Sequence record: NC_061451.1
Strand: one strand, 5' to 3'
DNA length: 64,000 bases
Shown here one piece after another: positions 44,347-53,191 of the stretch. Position numbers and translations under genes: made by a program. The notes below the pieces were generated by a model. That model saw only the letters and a program-made list of their open reading frames with translations. It had not been told where the DNA came from and searched no databases. The stretch's first letter is position 1; each line of letters opens with the position of its first letter.

Positions 44347-44624
44347 TGCAGCACCGTCGTAAAGTAAAGGCCGAGTCAAAGCAACGTTCAATACCCGAAG
44401 ACTGGCCTGTATTCAAAGACATGTTGCTGACGTTGCGCATCGCTGTACTCACGGACGAGAAACCTCACGCTAAACTGCGTGCGCTTGCTCTCCAATGGTA
44501 TACAGATGGGAAGTATCGTAACCCTGTCTGTGATTCTGTTCTGCTTAGGTTGACCGCTGAGAAACGACCTAAGCAAACTCTTGATCAATTGATCACTCTC
44601 TATAACTTTCTTGAGGAAGAATAA
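44346..44624 (+). CDS. hypothetical protein
   Basis: TAATG coupling. Confidence 0.65.
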   Translation: MQHRRKVKAESKQRSIPEDWPVFKDMLLTLRIAVLTDEKPHAKLRALALQWYTDGKYRNPVCDSVLLRLTAEKRPKQTLDQLITLYNFLEEE

Positions 44625-44626
44625 AA

Positions 44627-45838
44627 ATGGCTATCATTTCCGCAGAAGAACAAGCGCGTCTGGACTCACTTGCTGCTATCGTAGCTAAGATGTGGGCACA
44701 AGGCGGCCCTGCTGTGCGTGATGCTCTGCGCTACGTTGCTAACCAAATGCTGAGCGACGAGCATTCATTCCTGTACGAAGAAGTGCCTGGTGTAACGCCT
44801 GACATTGAATCTGTCTACCACCATCTGAGCGATTTGCCACTGACGGGTATGACCCGCATCGTGCGCAATCCTGACTTGATCAGCTCGCTTGAAGATCTGA
44901 TGAACAAAAACGAGCGTGAGATCTTCGGCTCTGCCGTACGTAACAGCGCGTACACTATGTTCAAACTTTTACCGCAGAATGAAACCTCGGTGTTCTGCCA
45001 TCCAGGTAAAGGTGCTACCTCTCGCACCCAGCCGCGTCAGGTCGCTGAAAGACTGCATCGCGGTTTAAGCTACATGTTGTCCGTGCGCGGTCTGGACGCG
45101 TATATCAAAAAGGCTGATAATCAGATTCGCTCTTACGGGCATACTCGCCTAGCCTCTCTGGTAATCGCAGTCGCAGTCAAAGGCGAACGCAGTGTTGCTA
45201 CTCGCATCGTACCTCTGTGGCGTATGGACGATCACACGGAAGAGGTAGGCACGATTGAACTTGATCAGGATATCCCGAACGATCAGCCCGCTTACTCAAC
45301 TGCGGTAGAAACCGATAGTCAGGTTTGGCAGAAGTTCGATGCAGAACACCTTATCGCTATCCTGCTCAAGCATGAGAATCATAGCGCGTCTAAGTTACGT
45401 GGCATGGACCGCGAAGAATTAGACGATACCTATGAAGCCTTCGTTGATGACTATCTTGACGACAACCAAGATGAGGAAGAAGATGAAGGGTGGGACGAAG
45501 AAGAGGATGAAGACGAAGAAGATGCCTTCTGTCCTGAAATCCCTTCGCGCCTAGCTCTGCCTATTGAACTGCCTATTGTTAATCTCGAACGTCCGAAGTT
45601 GGACATTCGTCCAGGTATGCGTTTGAAGACCAAAAAGCCTAAACAGTCTCATATTCAGAATATTCTGATTGATCCAGTTTGGCACGCAGTTGACCTACAA
45701 GACGAGAACAATATTCATTATTTCAGTGTGTCTATTGTTGCCCGTGATACTGTCGGTCATAAGGCTATTTCAGCTTCGCCGCTTGAAGCACTGACTATCT
45801 CCAACGTGCTGATGCAGATCGCTGAAACTAACACTTAA
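44627..45838 (+). CDS. hypothetical protein with acidic tract and HeH-like motif
   Basis: AEHLIAILLKH...GMDREELDDTY then a D/E tract; GAGGA RBS. Confidence 0.75.
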   Translation: MAIISAEEQARLDSLAAIVAKMWAQGGPAVRDALRYVANQMLSDEHSFLYEEVPGVTPDIESVYHHLSDLPLTGMTRIVRNPDLISSLEDLMNKNEREIFGSAVRNSAYTMFKLLPQNETSVFCHPGKGATSRTQPRQVAERLHRGLSYMLSVRGLDAYIKKADNQIRSYGHTRLASLVIAVAVKGERSVATRIVPLWRMDDHTEEVGTIELDQDIPNDQPAYSTAVETDSQVWQKFDAEHLIAILLKHENHSASKLRGMDREELDDTYEAFVDDYLDDNQDEEEDEGWDEEEDEDEEDAFCPEIPSRLALPIELPIVNLERPKLDIRPGMRLKTKKPKQSHIQNILIDPVWHAVDLQDENNIHYFSVSIVARDTVGHKAISASPLEALTISNVLMQIAETNT

Positions 45839-45839
45839 C

Positions 45840-45883
45840 TGGACAAAACAGCGCTTCTTAACGAGGCGCTTTTCTGCTATAAT
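45840..45883 (+). promoter_or_regulatory. early promoter, family member 6
   Basis: TGGACAAAAC-N28-TATAAT with extended TG. Confidence 0.8.
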
Positions 45884-45949
45884 AGCAGCTAGAGCATAAG
45901 CTCTCACGTTTGCATTTACTATACGTTAAATACGGGAACCTCACATATT

Positions 45950-46252
45950 ATGGCACGTAACATTTCACGCAAGAAAGCGCTCGACCTGATGGCAAAAACT
46001 TACAACGAAAAACATCCAGAGTATTTGCCGCGCCTCATGAAAGAGGACATGAATGCGAAAGACCTGTTCGAATTCCGTGAAGATGTTGTAGCTCAAATTC
46101 AGGCAGGTTTGAATCCTGCGAAAGTTGTTGATGATATGATCGACAACGCAATACGCGTCACCACGATGCGCCGCCGTATGAGCAATGATTATAATCCGAA
46201 AATCTCCGACGTTCTTACCGATGAACTGCGTGAGGAACTTCGTAAACTCTAA
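45950..46252 (+). CDS. hypothetical protein
   Basis: First gene after the promoter. Confidence 0.75.
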   Translation: MARNISRKKALDLMAKTYNEKHPEYLPRLMKEDMNAKDLFEFREDVVAQIQAGLNPAKVVDDMIDNAIRVTTMRRRMSNDYNPKISDVLTDELREELRKL

Positions 46253-46261
46253 GGAATAAAA

Positions 46262-46822
46262 ATGAAAAACTACGGTTACTTCTTTATCCTGAATCACATC
46301 GCACTCGCCGTAGATAGCGCCAGCAAGGAAGCTGGCTTTAAAGATTTGGTTGAGCTGGACATGTTCAATCGCGCTTCTGTTTTAGTTGTAGCTGACGCCG
46401 AGCCAAGGGGACGTCAGATTGCAAACGATTTGACCGCTGCACTTTATCCACGAGCGGCTGATTGTGTGCCAACAGTTGAGCAACGCATGATGTTAGTGCA
46501 AGCTCTGCATGATGCCGAAATCGAAAAGATTCTTGGCAACATCCGCTTCTTCGTACCGCACGCTCACACGCGAGAAGATTTGATTTCGCGTTTCGGCTTT
46601 TACGTGGAGAACGATCAGCCTGCGCTGTTTATGCCGTACTACATGCGAAAGCATATTCTCAGTGATACCGCTGTGTTCTGCGAGGGGCGTCTGACTTCAT
46701 TCAGAGACGCTTGCTCTAACGGAACTGTCACTGAGAACATCCGTGACTACGGCCTATTGACTGCGCAAGCGTACGGAAAAGACAACGTGCCTGAAATGTA
46801 TCAGGACCTGCCTTTGTTTTAA
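46262..46822 (+). CDS. hypothetical protein
   Basis: AAGG RBS. Confidence 0.75.
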   Translation: MKNYGYFFILNHIALAVDSASKEAGFKDLVELDMFNRASVLVVADAEPRGRQIANDLTAALYPRAADCVPTVEQRMMLVQALHDAEIEKILGNIRFFVPHAHTREDLISRFGFYVENDQPALFMPYYMRKHILSDTAVFCEGRLTSFRDACSNGTVTENIRDYGLLTAQAYGKDNVPEMYQDLPLF

Positions 46823-46833
46823 GGAGACACCTC

Positions 46834-47301
46834 ATGGGTGTAGTTAACGGTATCAGTTCAACTAAGTTCCCGCGTCGAGGGCGGGACGAAGGTCTGACAG
46901 TCATTCTTCGTCGTCGCTGGGGATTGTACCCAGCGGTTATTGTTCGTCAAGATCACGGCGAACCCAACAACACGATTCATCGCATCGAGGCTAAAGCGCT
47001 ACCCAAGCGCTTCTTTGATGGCAGTCATGAACTCTATGTTGCTGAGTATTATCAAACGAACTTCCCTAAAGACACTCCCATCTGCGCTGCTGGTGAAGTT
47101 GAAGGTCTGTTCGTTGAGATTGTATTCGACCATGACGTTCGCAACAAGTGCGAAGGCATCTGTGTGACCGATCGCGGTATGCAGAAAATCTTTTTGATCA
47201 CGACAGGTCAACACGAAGGTCGTTACGTCACTGAGGCCGAGTGTGATTACAAAGTCAAACCTAAACTTGTAAAGGATAATAGAGATGACAGTAACATCTG
47301 A
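46834..47301 (+). CDS. hypothetical protein with internal duplication
   Basis: Two FP...G..V...IV.D-like halves; AGGAG RBS. Confidence 0.7.
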   Translation: MGVVNGISSTKFPRRGRDEGLTVILRRRWGLYPAVIVRQDHGEPNNTIHRIEAKALPKRFFDGSHELYVAEYYQTNFPKDTPICAAGEVEGLFVEIVFDHDVRNKCEGICVTDRGMQKIFLITTGQHEGRYVTEAECDYKVKPKLVKDNRDDSNI

Positions 47302-47590
47302 ACACTCAACAACATCTAGCTGCAAGCGTGCGACTACAGGTCTGGGTCGTTTGACTAGCGGTGATCAGTTCTTCCTGTCGCTGGCCATCACTGGTTCTAA
47401 GACAGGCGAAGATGCAGGCTTCATTGATTCCGTTCGTGATCTGCACAAGCACATCGCTGCGTTTGCAGCAAAGCATGAGGTTACGCAAGTGACCGCGTTT
47501 CTTGGACATAACGTTATGTCCGACGCCGAGTACACGTTAGAGTTCAACGTGTCTCAAGTATTCACACTCAAAAAAGAAAGGACGTATTAA
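47285..47590 (+). CDS. hypothetical protein
   Basis: Co-oriented ORF, coupled to dut. Confidence 0.65.
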   Translation: MTVTSEHSTTSSCKRATTGLGRLTSGDQFFLSLAITGSKTGEDAGFIDSVRDLHKHIAAFAAKHEVTQVTAFLGHNVMSDAEYTLEFNVSQVFTLKKERTY

Positions 47591-48135
47591 TGGAATTTCA
47601 AATTAAGCCAGACTTGCAGACCTACCCAAATTTCATTCTGCCCAAGCGCGGCTCTGCTCAGGCGGCGGGCCTCGACCTGTTTGCGCAGGAAGATATGATC
47701 TTCACTGAAACCACTGAGCTGTTTAATCTGGGCTTCCGCGCCGCTGTGCCTGAAGGCTACGTTGCCTTAATCGTACCGCGCTCTGGCTTGGGTGCTAAGT
47801 TCAACATGCAACTGTCAAACACGATGGGCGTTATCGATAGCGACTATCGCGGTGATTGGATGGCAGCTTTCCATCTGGGCGGTAAAGGCACTCAAGCTGA
47901 TACGCTGCCGCCATACGGTCAGTATCAGAAAGAGTTCTATCATCACGGCAGTGAGCTGTGGGAAAAAGCGAATCAAAACGAAGCGCCTATGCTCCTAGTT
48001 CCTAAAGGTGATGCGTTTGCACAGGTGCTGTTCTTTGAAGTACCGTTGATGCAAGTGACTCTGGTCGACGAGCTGCCTGAAACAGAGCGTGGTGAAGGTG
48101 GTTTCGGTTCTACCACTAAGTCGCAAAGTGCCTGA
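47590..48135 (+). CDS. dut: trimeric dUTPase
   Basis: AAGLDL; PRSGLG; GVIDSDYRG; AQ; RGEGGFGST. Confidence 0.95.
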   Translation: MEFQIKPDLQTYPNFILPKRGSAQAAGLDLFAQEDMIFTETTELFNLGFRAAVPEGYVALIVPRSGLGAKFNMQLSNTMGVIDSDYRGDWMAAFHLGGKGTQADTLPPYGQYQKEFYHHGSELWEKANQNEAPMLLVPKGDAFAQVLFFEVPLMQVTLVDELPETERGEGGFGSTTKSQSA

Positions 48136-48343
48136 TTACCTTATCTTCATCTTGATCGCCTACTACATTGTAGGCTTCATGCAGTTTATGCGTGAAGTGT
48201 TCAGTTCTAAACTGAGTGAGAGCGAACGCTTGGCTGTCATTAAAGAAGATGAGGACACTCCAACGTCCGTAGTTTGGGCGCAGGCATTTAAGCTGATGTT
48301 ATACGTTCTGTTCATTCACATACCAATGTGGATATTCAGATAA
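48128..48343 (+). CDS. small membrane protein
   Basis: Two hydrophobic segments; start uncertain. Confidence 0.55.
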   Translation: MPDYLIFILIAYYIVGFMQFMREVFSSKLSESERLAVIKEDEDTPTSVVWAQAFKLMLYVLFIHIPMWIFR

Positions 48344-48353
48344 CGTCAATCGT

Positions 48354-48377
48354 TAGGTCCTTGCGGGGACCTATTTT
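48354..48377 (+). terminator. intrinsic terminator
   Basis: TAGGTCC-TTGCGG-GGACCTA-TTTT. Confidence 0.75.
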
Positions 48378-48394
48378 ATCGTAATATAAACACT

Positions 48395-48715
48395 ATGAGC
48401 AAAAAGAAACCGCAGTACATTCTGCCTCGTGAGCGTCCTACGCGCTTGCCAAATCTGCGTGCTTATCTGATGCATCTGGCACGCAACCCAAACAAACATC
48501 GTGCCGTCCTTGAGATGCATTGCAATGCAGCGCTGGCCCAGCTGCGTAAAGATCGTTTCTTTCTTGGCAGACTGTTTGCTCATAAGGTGTATACGAAGTC
48601 GAGCAAGGTCGCATACACAATAGTATGGATTGACCCGTACAACTACGATTGCCTTGTTCTAAATCATATAAAAAGGAGAGTAGAGTTTAAAAACCTTTAC
48701 GGCCTGATTCTTTGA
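48395..48715 (+). CDS. basic hypothetical protein
   Basis: Co-oriented ORF. Confidence 0.6.
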   Translation: MSKKKPQYILPRERPTRLPNLRAYLMHLARNPNKHRAVLEMHCNAALAQLRKDRFFLGRLFAHKVYTKSSKVAYTIVWIDPYNYDCLVLNHIKRRVEFKNLYGLIL

Positions 48716-48748
48716 TTAGGTCCTAGCGCCTTCACACTAGGAGACACA

Positions 48749-49429
48749 ATGACTATTCTTATTTCTAACCGCACCGACGAGGTGATTCGCCAACTCAACG
48801 TAGCTATCTGGTCAAGCGTTCTATTCGGACTCATTGTACTTGCATCAATTCTGGTGCAGCCGAATGCAACAGCCAGCGTCTCTACGGGCCCTGATAACGT
48901 TATCGATATGTCCTCAACAACTTCACTCGATCCCTCCAATCGTGTGGCAAGAGAATACAAGGAGATTGCAAAGACGCTAGTTGTGCAAGACGAGCGAAGG
49001 CCCTCGCGTTCTGTTACGAGAGAGCGCCTCCGACAATTGTACTCGCATCTACCGCACCCCAATGATTTAGGCAGGCAGATTGATTTGGCCGCTGCAAAGT
49101 ATGCAGTGGACGCAAAGCTGATTCTTTCCATTTGCGTTTCCGAGTCGCATCTTCGTGCTAAAGTCAGAAACAAGTCTGGTGCAACAGGTATCTGCCAAGT
49201 AATGGCTAAGATGCATGGGCATTCAGCAAAAGACCTCCTCGATTATCGTATCAACATTGATGCGGCAACGAAGATAATTGCAGATCTTAATAAACAGTGT
49301 CGTGGTCGTACTGCTTGTGTTATTCAAGCGTACAACACAGGCTGGGGAGCATATTCGAAGGGTGCCCGTGCACCGCAATACTTGGCTAAAGTTAGATCAG
49401 AGATGCGCAAGCACCCATCATCATCCTAA
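48749..49429 (+). CDS. lytic transglycosylase (SLT domain) with N-terminal membrane anchor
   Basis: ICVSES (catalytic Glu), GATGICQVM, NIDAA, AYNTG. Confidence 0.88.
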   Translation: MTILISNRTDEVIRQLNVAIWSSVLFGLIVLASILVQPNATASVSTGPDNVIDMSSTTSLDPSNRVAREYKEIAKTLVVQDERRPSRSVTRERLRQLYSHLPHPNDLGRQIDLAAAKYAVDAKLILSICVSESHLRAKVRNKSGATGICQVMAKMHGHSAKDLLDYRINIDAATKIIADLNKQCRGRTACVIQAYNTGWGAYSKGARAPQYLAKVRSEMRKHPSSS

Positions 49430-49442
49430 AGAGGACATAATA

Positions 49443-50096
49443 ATGAGCACCGCCAACATCGCAGACTTGTACAAAATGCAGTTCCAGATTCTCAAACCAC
49501 TTTCGCCTCGCCAAGAGTACGCACTGATTGTGCTACATGCTTCCGCGACCGAAGATGACGTTCGTGGTCTGGCCGAAGTTGTTGTTCGTGATTACCCGCA
49601 CGTTGCGCGTCTGTATGATGCGTTTGCTGCTGCGACTGAGTACGGTGATAACTCTGTACCGTTCATCATTCCAGTATCAAACAGTGAGCACGTCACCGAA
49701 GAGATTTACGCTATCGTTGATCACTCACTCGTCGTTGCGCCAAGTCTGCGCCAACTTTTGGAGCAAGCCCTTGAGCGTGTTCAATACATGCCAGAGACTG
49801 CTGACGAAAGACGTTTCGTAATTGAACGCGAACCCCTGACTATGGGCTGGTTCATTGATTGTGTCCTTGACGCGTACAACTGTGGTCAACTGCCTATGGC
49901 TGTTCGTCCATCGAAAGCGCAACAAGAAATGCGTAACGAAAACCTGCTGTCGTTCAATCAGCTCCGTGATGCTGATATGTTCAGCGGCGAGATCGACTAC
50001 ACGCAAGCCTTACAGCCAAGTATGCAAGCGCGTCACATTGCAGCTAAGCTGATCGCACGTCTGCAAAACAGCAAGCGTGCCGTAACTGTTAACTAA
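49443..50096 (+). CDS. hypothetical protein
   Basis: GAGGA RBS. Confidence 0.75.
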   Translation: MSTANIADLYKMQFQILKPLSPRQEYALIVLHASATEDDVRGLAEVVVRDYPHVARLYDAFAAATEYGDNSVPFIIPVSNSEHVTEEIYAIVDHSLVVAPSLRQLLEQALERVQYMPETADERRFVIEREPLTMGWFIDCVLDAYNCGQLPMAVRPSKAQQEMRNENLLSFNQLRDADMFSGEIDYTQALQPSMQARHIAAKLIARLQNSKRAVTVN

Positions 50097-50102
50097 CAAC
50101 TC

Positions 50103-50129
50103 GGGAGACCTTAACTGGTTTCCCTTTTT
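50103..50129 (+). terminator. intrinsic terminator
   Basis: GGGAGACC-TTAACT-GGTTTCCC-TTTTT. Confidence 0.8.
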
Positions 50130-50160
50130 ACTTTCTCGCTGAATTTTTAAGGAAATTCCA

Positions 50161-51306
50161 ATGACTAATTCATCTCTGCCTTTCGTTTCTTGGTTCGAAC
50201 GTGACAACTACTTTGATGACATGATTGAGCGTCTCGACCTCAAACGTCTCTGGGGCTATGTTGAAAAGAACAACGTGGTCAACAAGACTAAATACAATCT
50301 GCCTAACCTCACTGCCTACCACACCACCGAGCACATGAAAGAAGTTGCGTGCATTGCGTCCTCTCTACTGCACCGCGAGTCGAACCACGACTGGCAGATT
50401 CGTCTGATGGAATATCCGTTAGTCGTCGCGTGCCTTTTCCACGATATGAATCACAGTCTGGGTAAATATACTGATGACGTGAACATCAACCATGCGCTCG
50501 TTGCGTTTAATGACTATCTTAATACCAAAGATGAGAATCAGGGCAACGACAAGCTGCTGTTTGAATATCGCGATCAGATCTGTGCACTGATTCGTTGCAC
50601 CCAATTCCCGTTCCATGACTCACGCAAGCCAACTAACCTGATGGAACGCTGCATTCGTGATGCGGACATTTTATACGGCCTGCAGGATGACGCAATGCCT
50701 GCTGTTGTGATTGGTCTACTGGATGAAGTGAACGTTCGTTTGGCTCCAGAAAGCAAATACTCCACCGCACAGTGGGTGGCAGGTCGCATTGAGTTCCTGT
50801 TGTCGTGCGAGATGTTCACCGAAACTGCTAACAAAATCTTCTGCGATGCTCTTAGCACCAACAGCCCGAACTATCACGGTAATGTGCTGCAATCTTTCCT
50901 TGAGATGAAAGTGCGGCTGATCGATGTTCGTGCAGATAAGCTACGTGGTGGTGATGTTATCTGGACAGACACAGAGAACGACTCAGCCTATCGTCCACGC
51001 CAAATCAGAAACATCGGCAACGAAGCGCTGCCAGACGTTAACGTGTATTTCACTGACGGTCAGGCTTGCGGCTATCGTAGCGGGGAGACCGTTCAGTTGC
51101 TGCCTAACACTGAGATGGTGAAGCTCGAAGACATTGTAGTTGGCGACATTATTCTTGAGCCTGCACAGGGTGAAGTGAAGCGCGATCTGCATCGCATCGT
51201 AAACATCGCTAACGGTGGCCTGCATGAAAGCGTGCTCTATCTCGAAAATGGCGGTGTGTTTACGTCAGCGCCCAAAGGCCGTGTCTGTCGTGTAGTCAGC
51301 AAATAA
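50161..51306 (+). CDS. HD-domain phosphohydrolase with duplicated C-terminal beta domain
   Basis: YHT.EH; LFHDMNH; RDADI; tail repeats ADKLRGGDVI / LEDIVVGDII. Confidence 0.8.
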   Translation: MTNSSLPFVSWFERDNYFDDMIERLDLKRLWGYVEKNNVVNKTKYNLPNLTAYHTTEHMKEVACIASSLLHRESNHDWQIRLMEYPLVVACLFHDMNHSLGKYTDDVNINHALVAFNDYLNTKDENQGNDKLLFEYRDQICALIRCTQFPFHDSRKPTNLMERCIRDADILYGLQDDAMPAVVIGLLDEVNVRLAPESKYSTAQWVAGRIEFLLSCEMFTETANKIFCDALSTNSPNYHGNVLQSFLEMKVRLIDVRADKLRGGDVIWTDTENDSAYRPRQIRNIGNEALPDVNVYFTDGQACGYRSGETVQLLPNTEMVKLEDIVVGDIILEPAQGEVKRDLHRIVNIANGGLHESVLYLENGGVFTSAPKGRVCRVVSK

Positions 51307-51351
51307 CTGGACGAAATAAGGCTACTCTGCTTAGGCTGCTTATGCTATAAT
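51299..51351 (+). promoter_or_regulatory. early promoter, family member 7
   Basis: GCAAATAACTGGACGAAAT-N28-TATAAT with extended TG. Confidence 0.8.
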
Positions 51352-51393
51352 ATGCGTGAGCAGTCATTTATCATATTCTCAAGGGAGAAACGT

Positions 51394-52068
51394 ATGTACA
51401 GATCATTCAATCCAGATATGACAGGCAAGTTTTTCGTAATCGAACACAGCTTTAAAATTCAAAACATCTTTTGGATGGGCTTCAAAACGATTGATGGCAG
51501 AGAAATCATTTTGCCTATTCCTGCACGTGACGCACAGAGTGGTTATCGTGTTGGCCGAGAAGCGGCCTTCCCTGTAATTCGCTCCAACATTAATACGAAC
51601 GCTGACCCAGATTCAGACGTCTTGTTCGAACATACGGTAGGCATCTTGCATATGCGAGCACGCCGTTTCGAAACTCAGATCATGACGCGCACTGCCGTCT
51701 CTTATACTGGCTTGCTGCCTGACGTCCGTATGGCAAAAGAGGGCGAGCGCTATGTTACGCCTCTTAATTCGTTTGAAGGTCCTCTTATTCCTGCACTGAG
51801 TCGTCGTCTTACTCATTTCTGCGAAGAAACGCCGATGCTGCACAGTTCTTTCCTTGAGACGTTCTCTGACGAAGAGTGGTCGAAACTGAAAGCCGCACCT
51901 GTATCAATCAATGATTGGCATAGTGTTTCTAACTCTATTCGTGAGGGTAAGCTAAAGCCTACAGTTAATATCCCAGACTTCTATCTGTCTACCCGTAAAG
52001 AAGATACGACAATACCGTCAGACGTTATCGAATATTACGCCGAAGCTAACGCACGAGGTGACATATAG
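51394..52068 (+). CDS. hypothetical protein
   Basis: GGAG RBS. Confidence 0.7.
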   Translation: MYRSFNPDMTGKFFVIEHSFKIQNIFWMGFKTIDGREIILPIPARDAQSGYRVGREAAFPVIRSNINTNADPDSDVLFEHTVGILHMRARRFETQIMTRTAVSYTGLLPDVRMAKEGERYVTPLNSFEGPLIPALSRRLTHFCEETPMLHSSFLETFSDEEWSKLKAAPVSINDWHSVSNSIREGKLKPTVNIPDFYLSTRKEDTTIPSDVIEYYAEANARGDI

Positions 52069-52301
52069 TGAGCAACGTCATACATCAAACGTCCGAGACT
52101 GTCTTCTACGTTCTTGGTGCTGTAACCCTTCTTGCTCACCTTGTGGGCTTCGTTAAGAACTGGCTCAAGATTCATGAGATGCGCCAGAAGCGCCGCGATA
52201 GACTCGCAAAAGCTAAAACTCCGCACGAAAAGATGCAACGCCGTCTGGGTAAAGCTCGGCGCGATGCTCTGCTTTATAAACCTCGCAAAGTAAGGAATTG
52301 A
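52068..52301 (+). CDS. small membrane-anchored basic protein
   Basis: Transmembrane-like segment aa 12-29; basic tail. Confidence 0.6.
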   Translation: MSNVIHQTSETVFYVLGAVTLLAHLVGFVKNWLKIHEMRQKRRDRLAKAKTPHEKMQRRLGKARRDALLYKPRKVRN

Positions 52302-52303
52302 TT

Positions 52304-52606
52304 ATGTCTTCTGATTTACGCCGCAAGCTCATGGCTGTGCTTGACAAGATGTTTGAGCACAAGTCTGAAAACAATCTCGCAGACGACACGGCCTACTCCG
52401 TACCTCGTTCTGAGTTCTCTATGATTGCACCTGAGAGTGCTGCTGAGAAATGCGCGGTCATTACAGAGATTCTGCGTGACGGCCACATCATCAATCTGTA
52501 CGGTCCGTATGCCGTTACTGTTAGTCGTGATAGTGAAGGCCAACAGGTGTTTGTGTTCGTCCGCGTTCCAGACTATCAAGACATTGTTGCTGTGGAGAAA
52601 CTGTGA
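52304..52606 (+). CDS. hypothetical protein
   Basis: AAGG RBS. Confidence 0.7.
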   Translation: MSSDLRRKLMAVLDKMFEHKSENNLADDTAYSVPRSEFSMIAPESAAEKCAVITEILRDGHIINLYGPYAVTVSRDSEGQQVFVFVRVPDYQDIVAVEKL

Positions 52607-53154
52607 TGGAACAGATCGACATGTTCTACCAAGATCAGCCTCAGCAAACAACAACGCGTGCTGAATACTATAACCCGCACATCTCAGAAGAAGATCGTCT
52701 TCGCCAGTGGCGTTATGTGCAAGCTGCATTCGGTGGCGGTCCTGCAGGTAGTCCTATTCGTGTTGAGAAGATGCCGAAAGACATTACCAACATTCATGAG
52801 TTCATCATTGTGCCTAACGAGAAACAGCGTAAGGAAATGAATGAACTCATGGGAGATCCCCAAGACCCGTCCGACCAGAAGTATCTGACGATGCTGTACA
52901 CGTACACGACAAAAGTCGGTATGATGGTACGCTCGTTCCAAGAGCTGGCTGAACGTGGTGGCCCTATGGGTTGTCTCAACGTGTTCACTACAACGAACAT
53001 CTATGAGTCTCGCCTGCTTGTGTTCTGGAATAAGAACCCTCTCGAAGATCAAGAGGAGTACACACAGTGGCTTGACCACATTCGCGGAAACTTCAACAAG
53101 AAGTCCCGACGCTTCTATGAGATTTCCTCAGAGCGTGAACTTTACTCAGCATAA
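52606..53154 (+). CDS. hypothetical protein
   Basis: GGAG RBS; TGATG coupling. Confidence 0.75.
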   Translation: MEQIDMFYQDQPQQTTTRAEYYNPHISEEDRLRQWRYVQAAFGGGPAGSPIRVEKMPKDITNIHEFIIVPNEKQRKEMNELMGDPQDPSDQKYLTMLYTYTTKVGMMVRSFQELAERGGPMGCLNVFTTTNIYESRLLVFWNKNPLEDQEEYTQWLDHIRGNFNKKSRRFYEISSERELYSA

Positions 53155-53191
53155 TTCATTTTGGCCTTGCGGGGCCAATTAGGAGAACATC

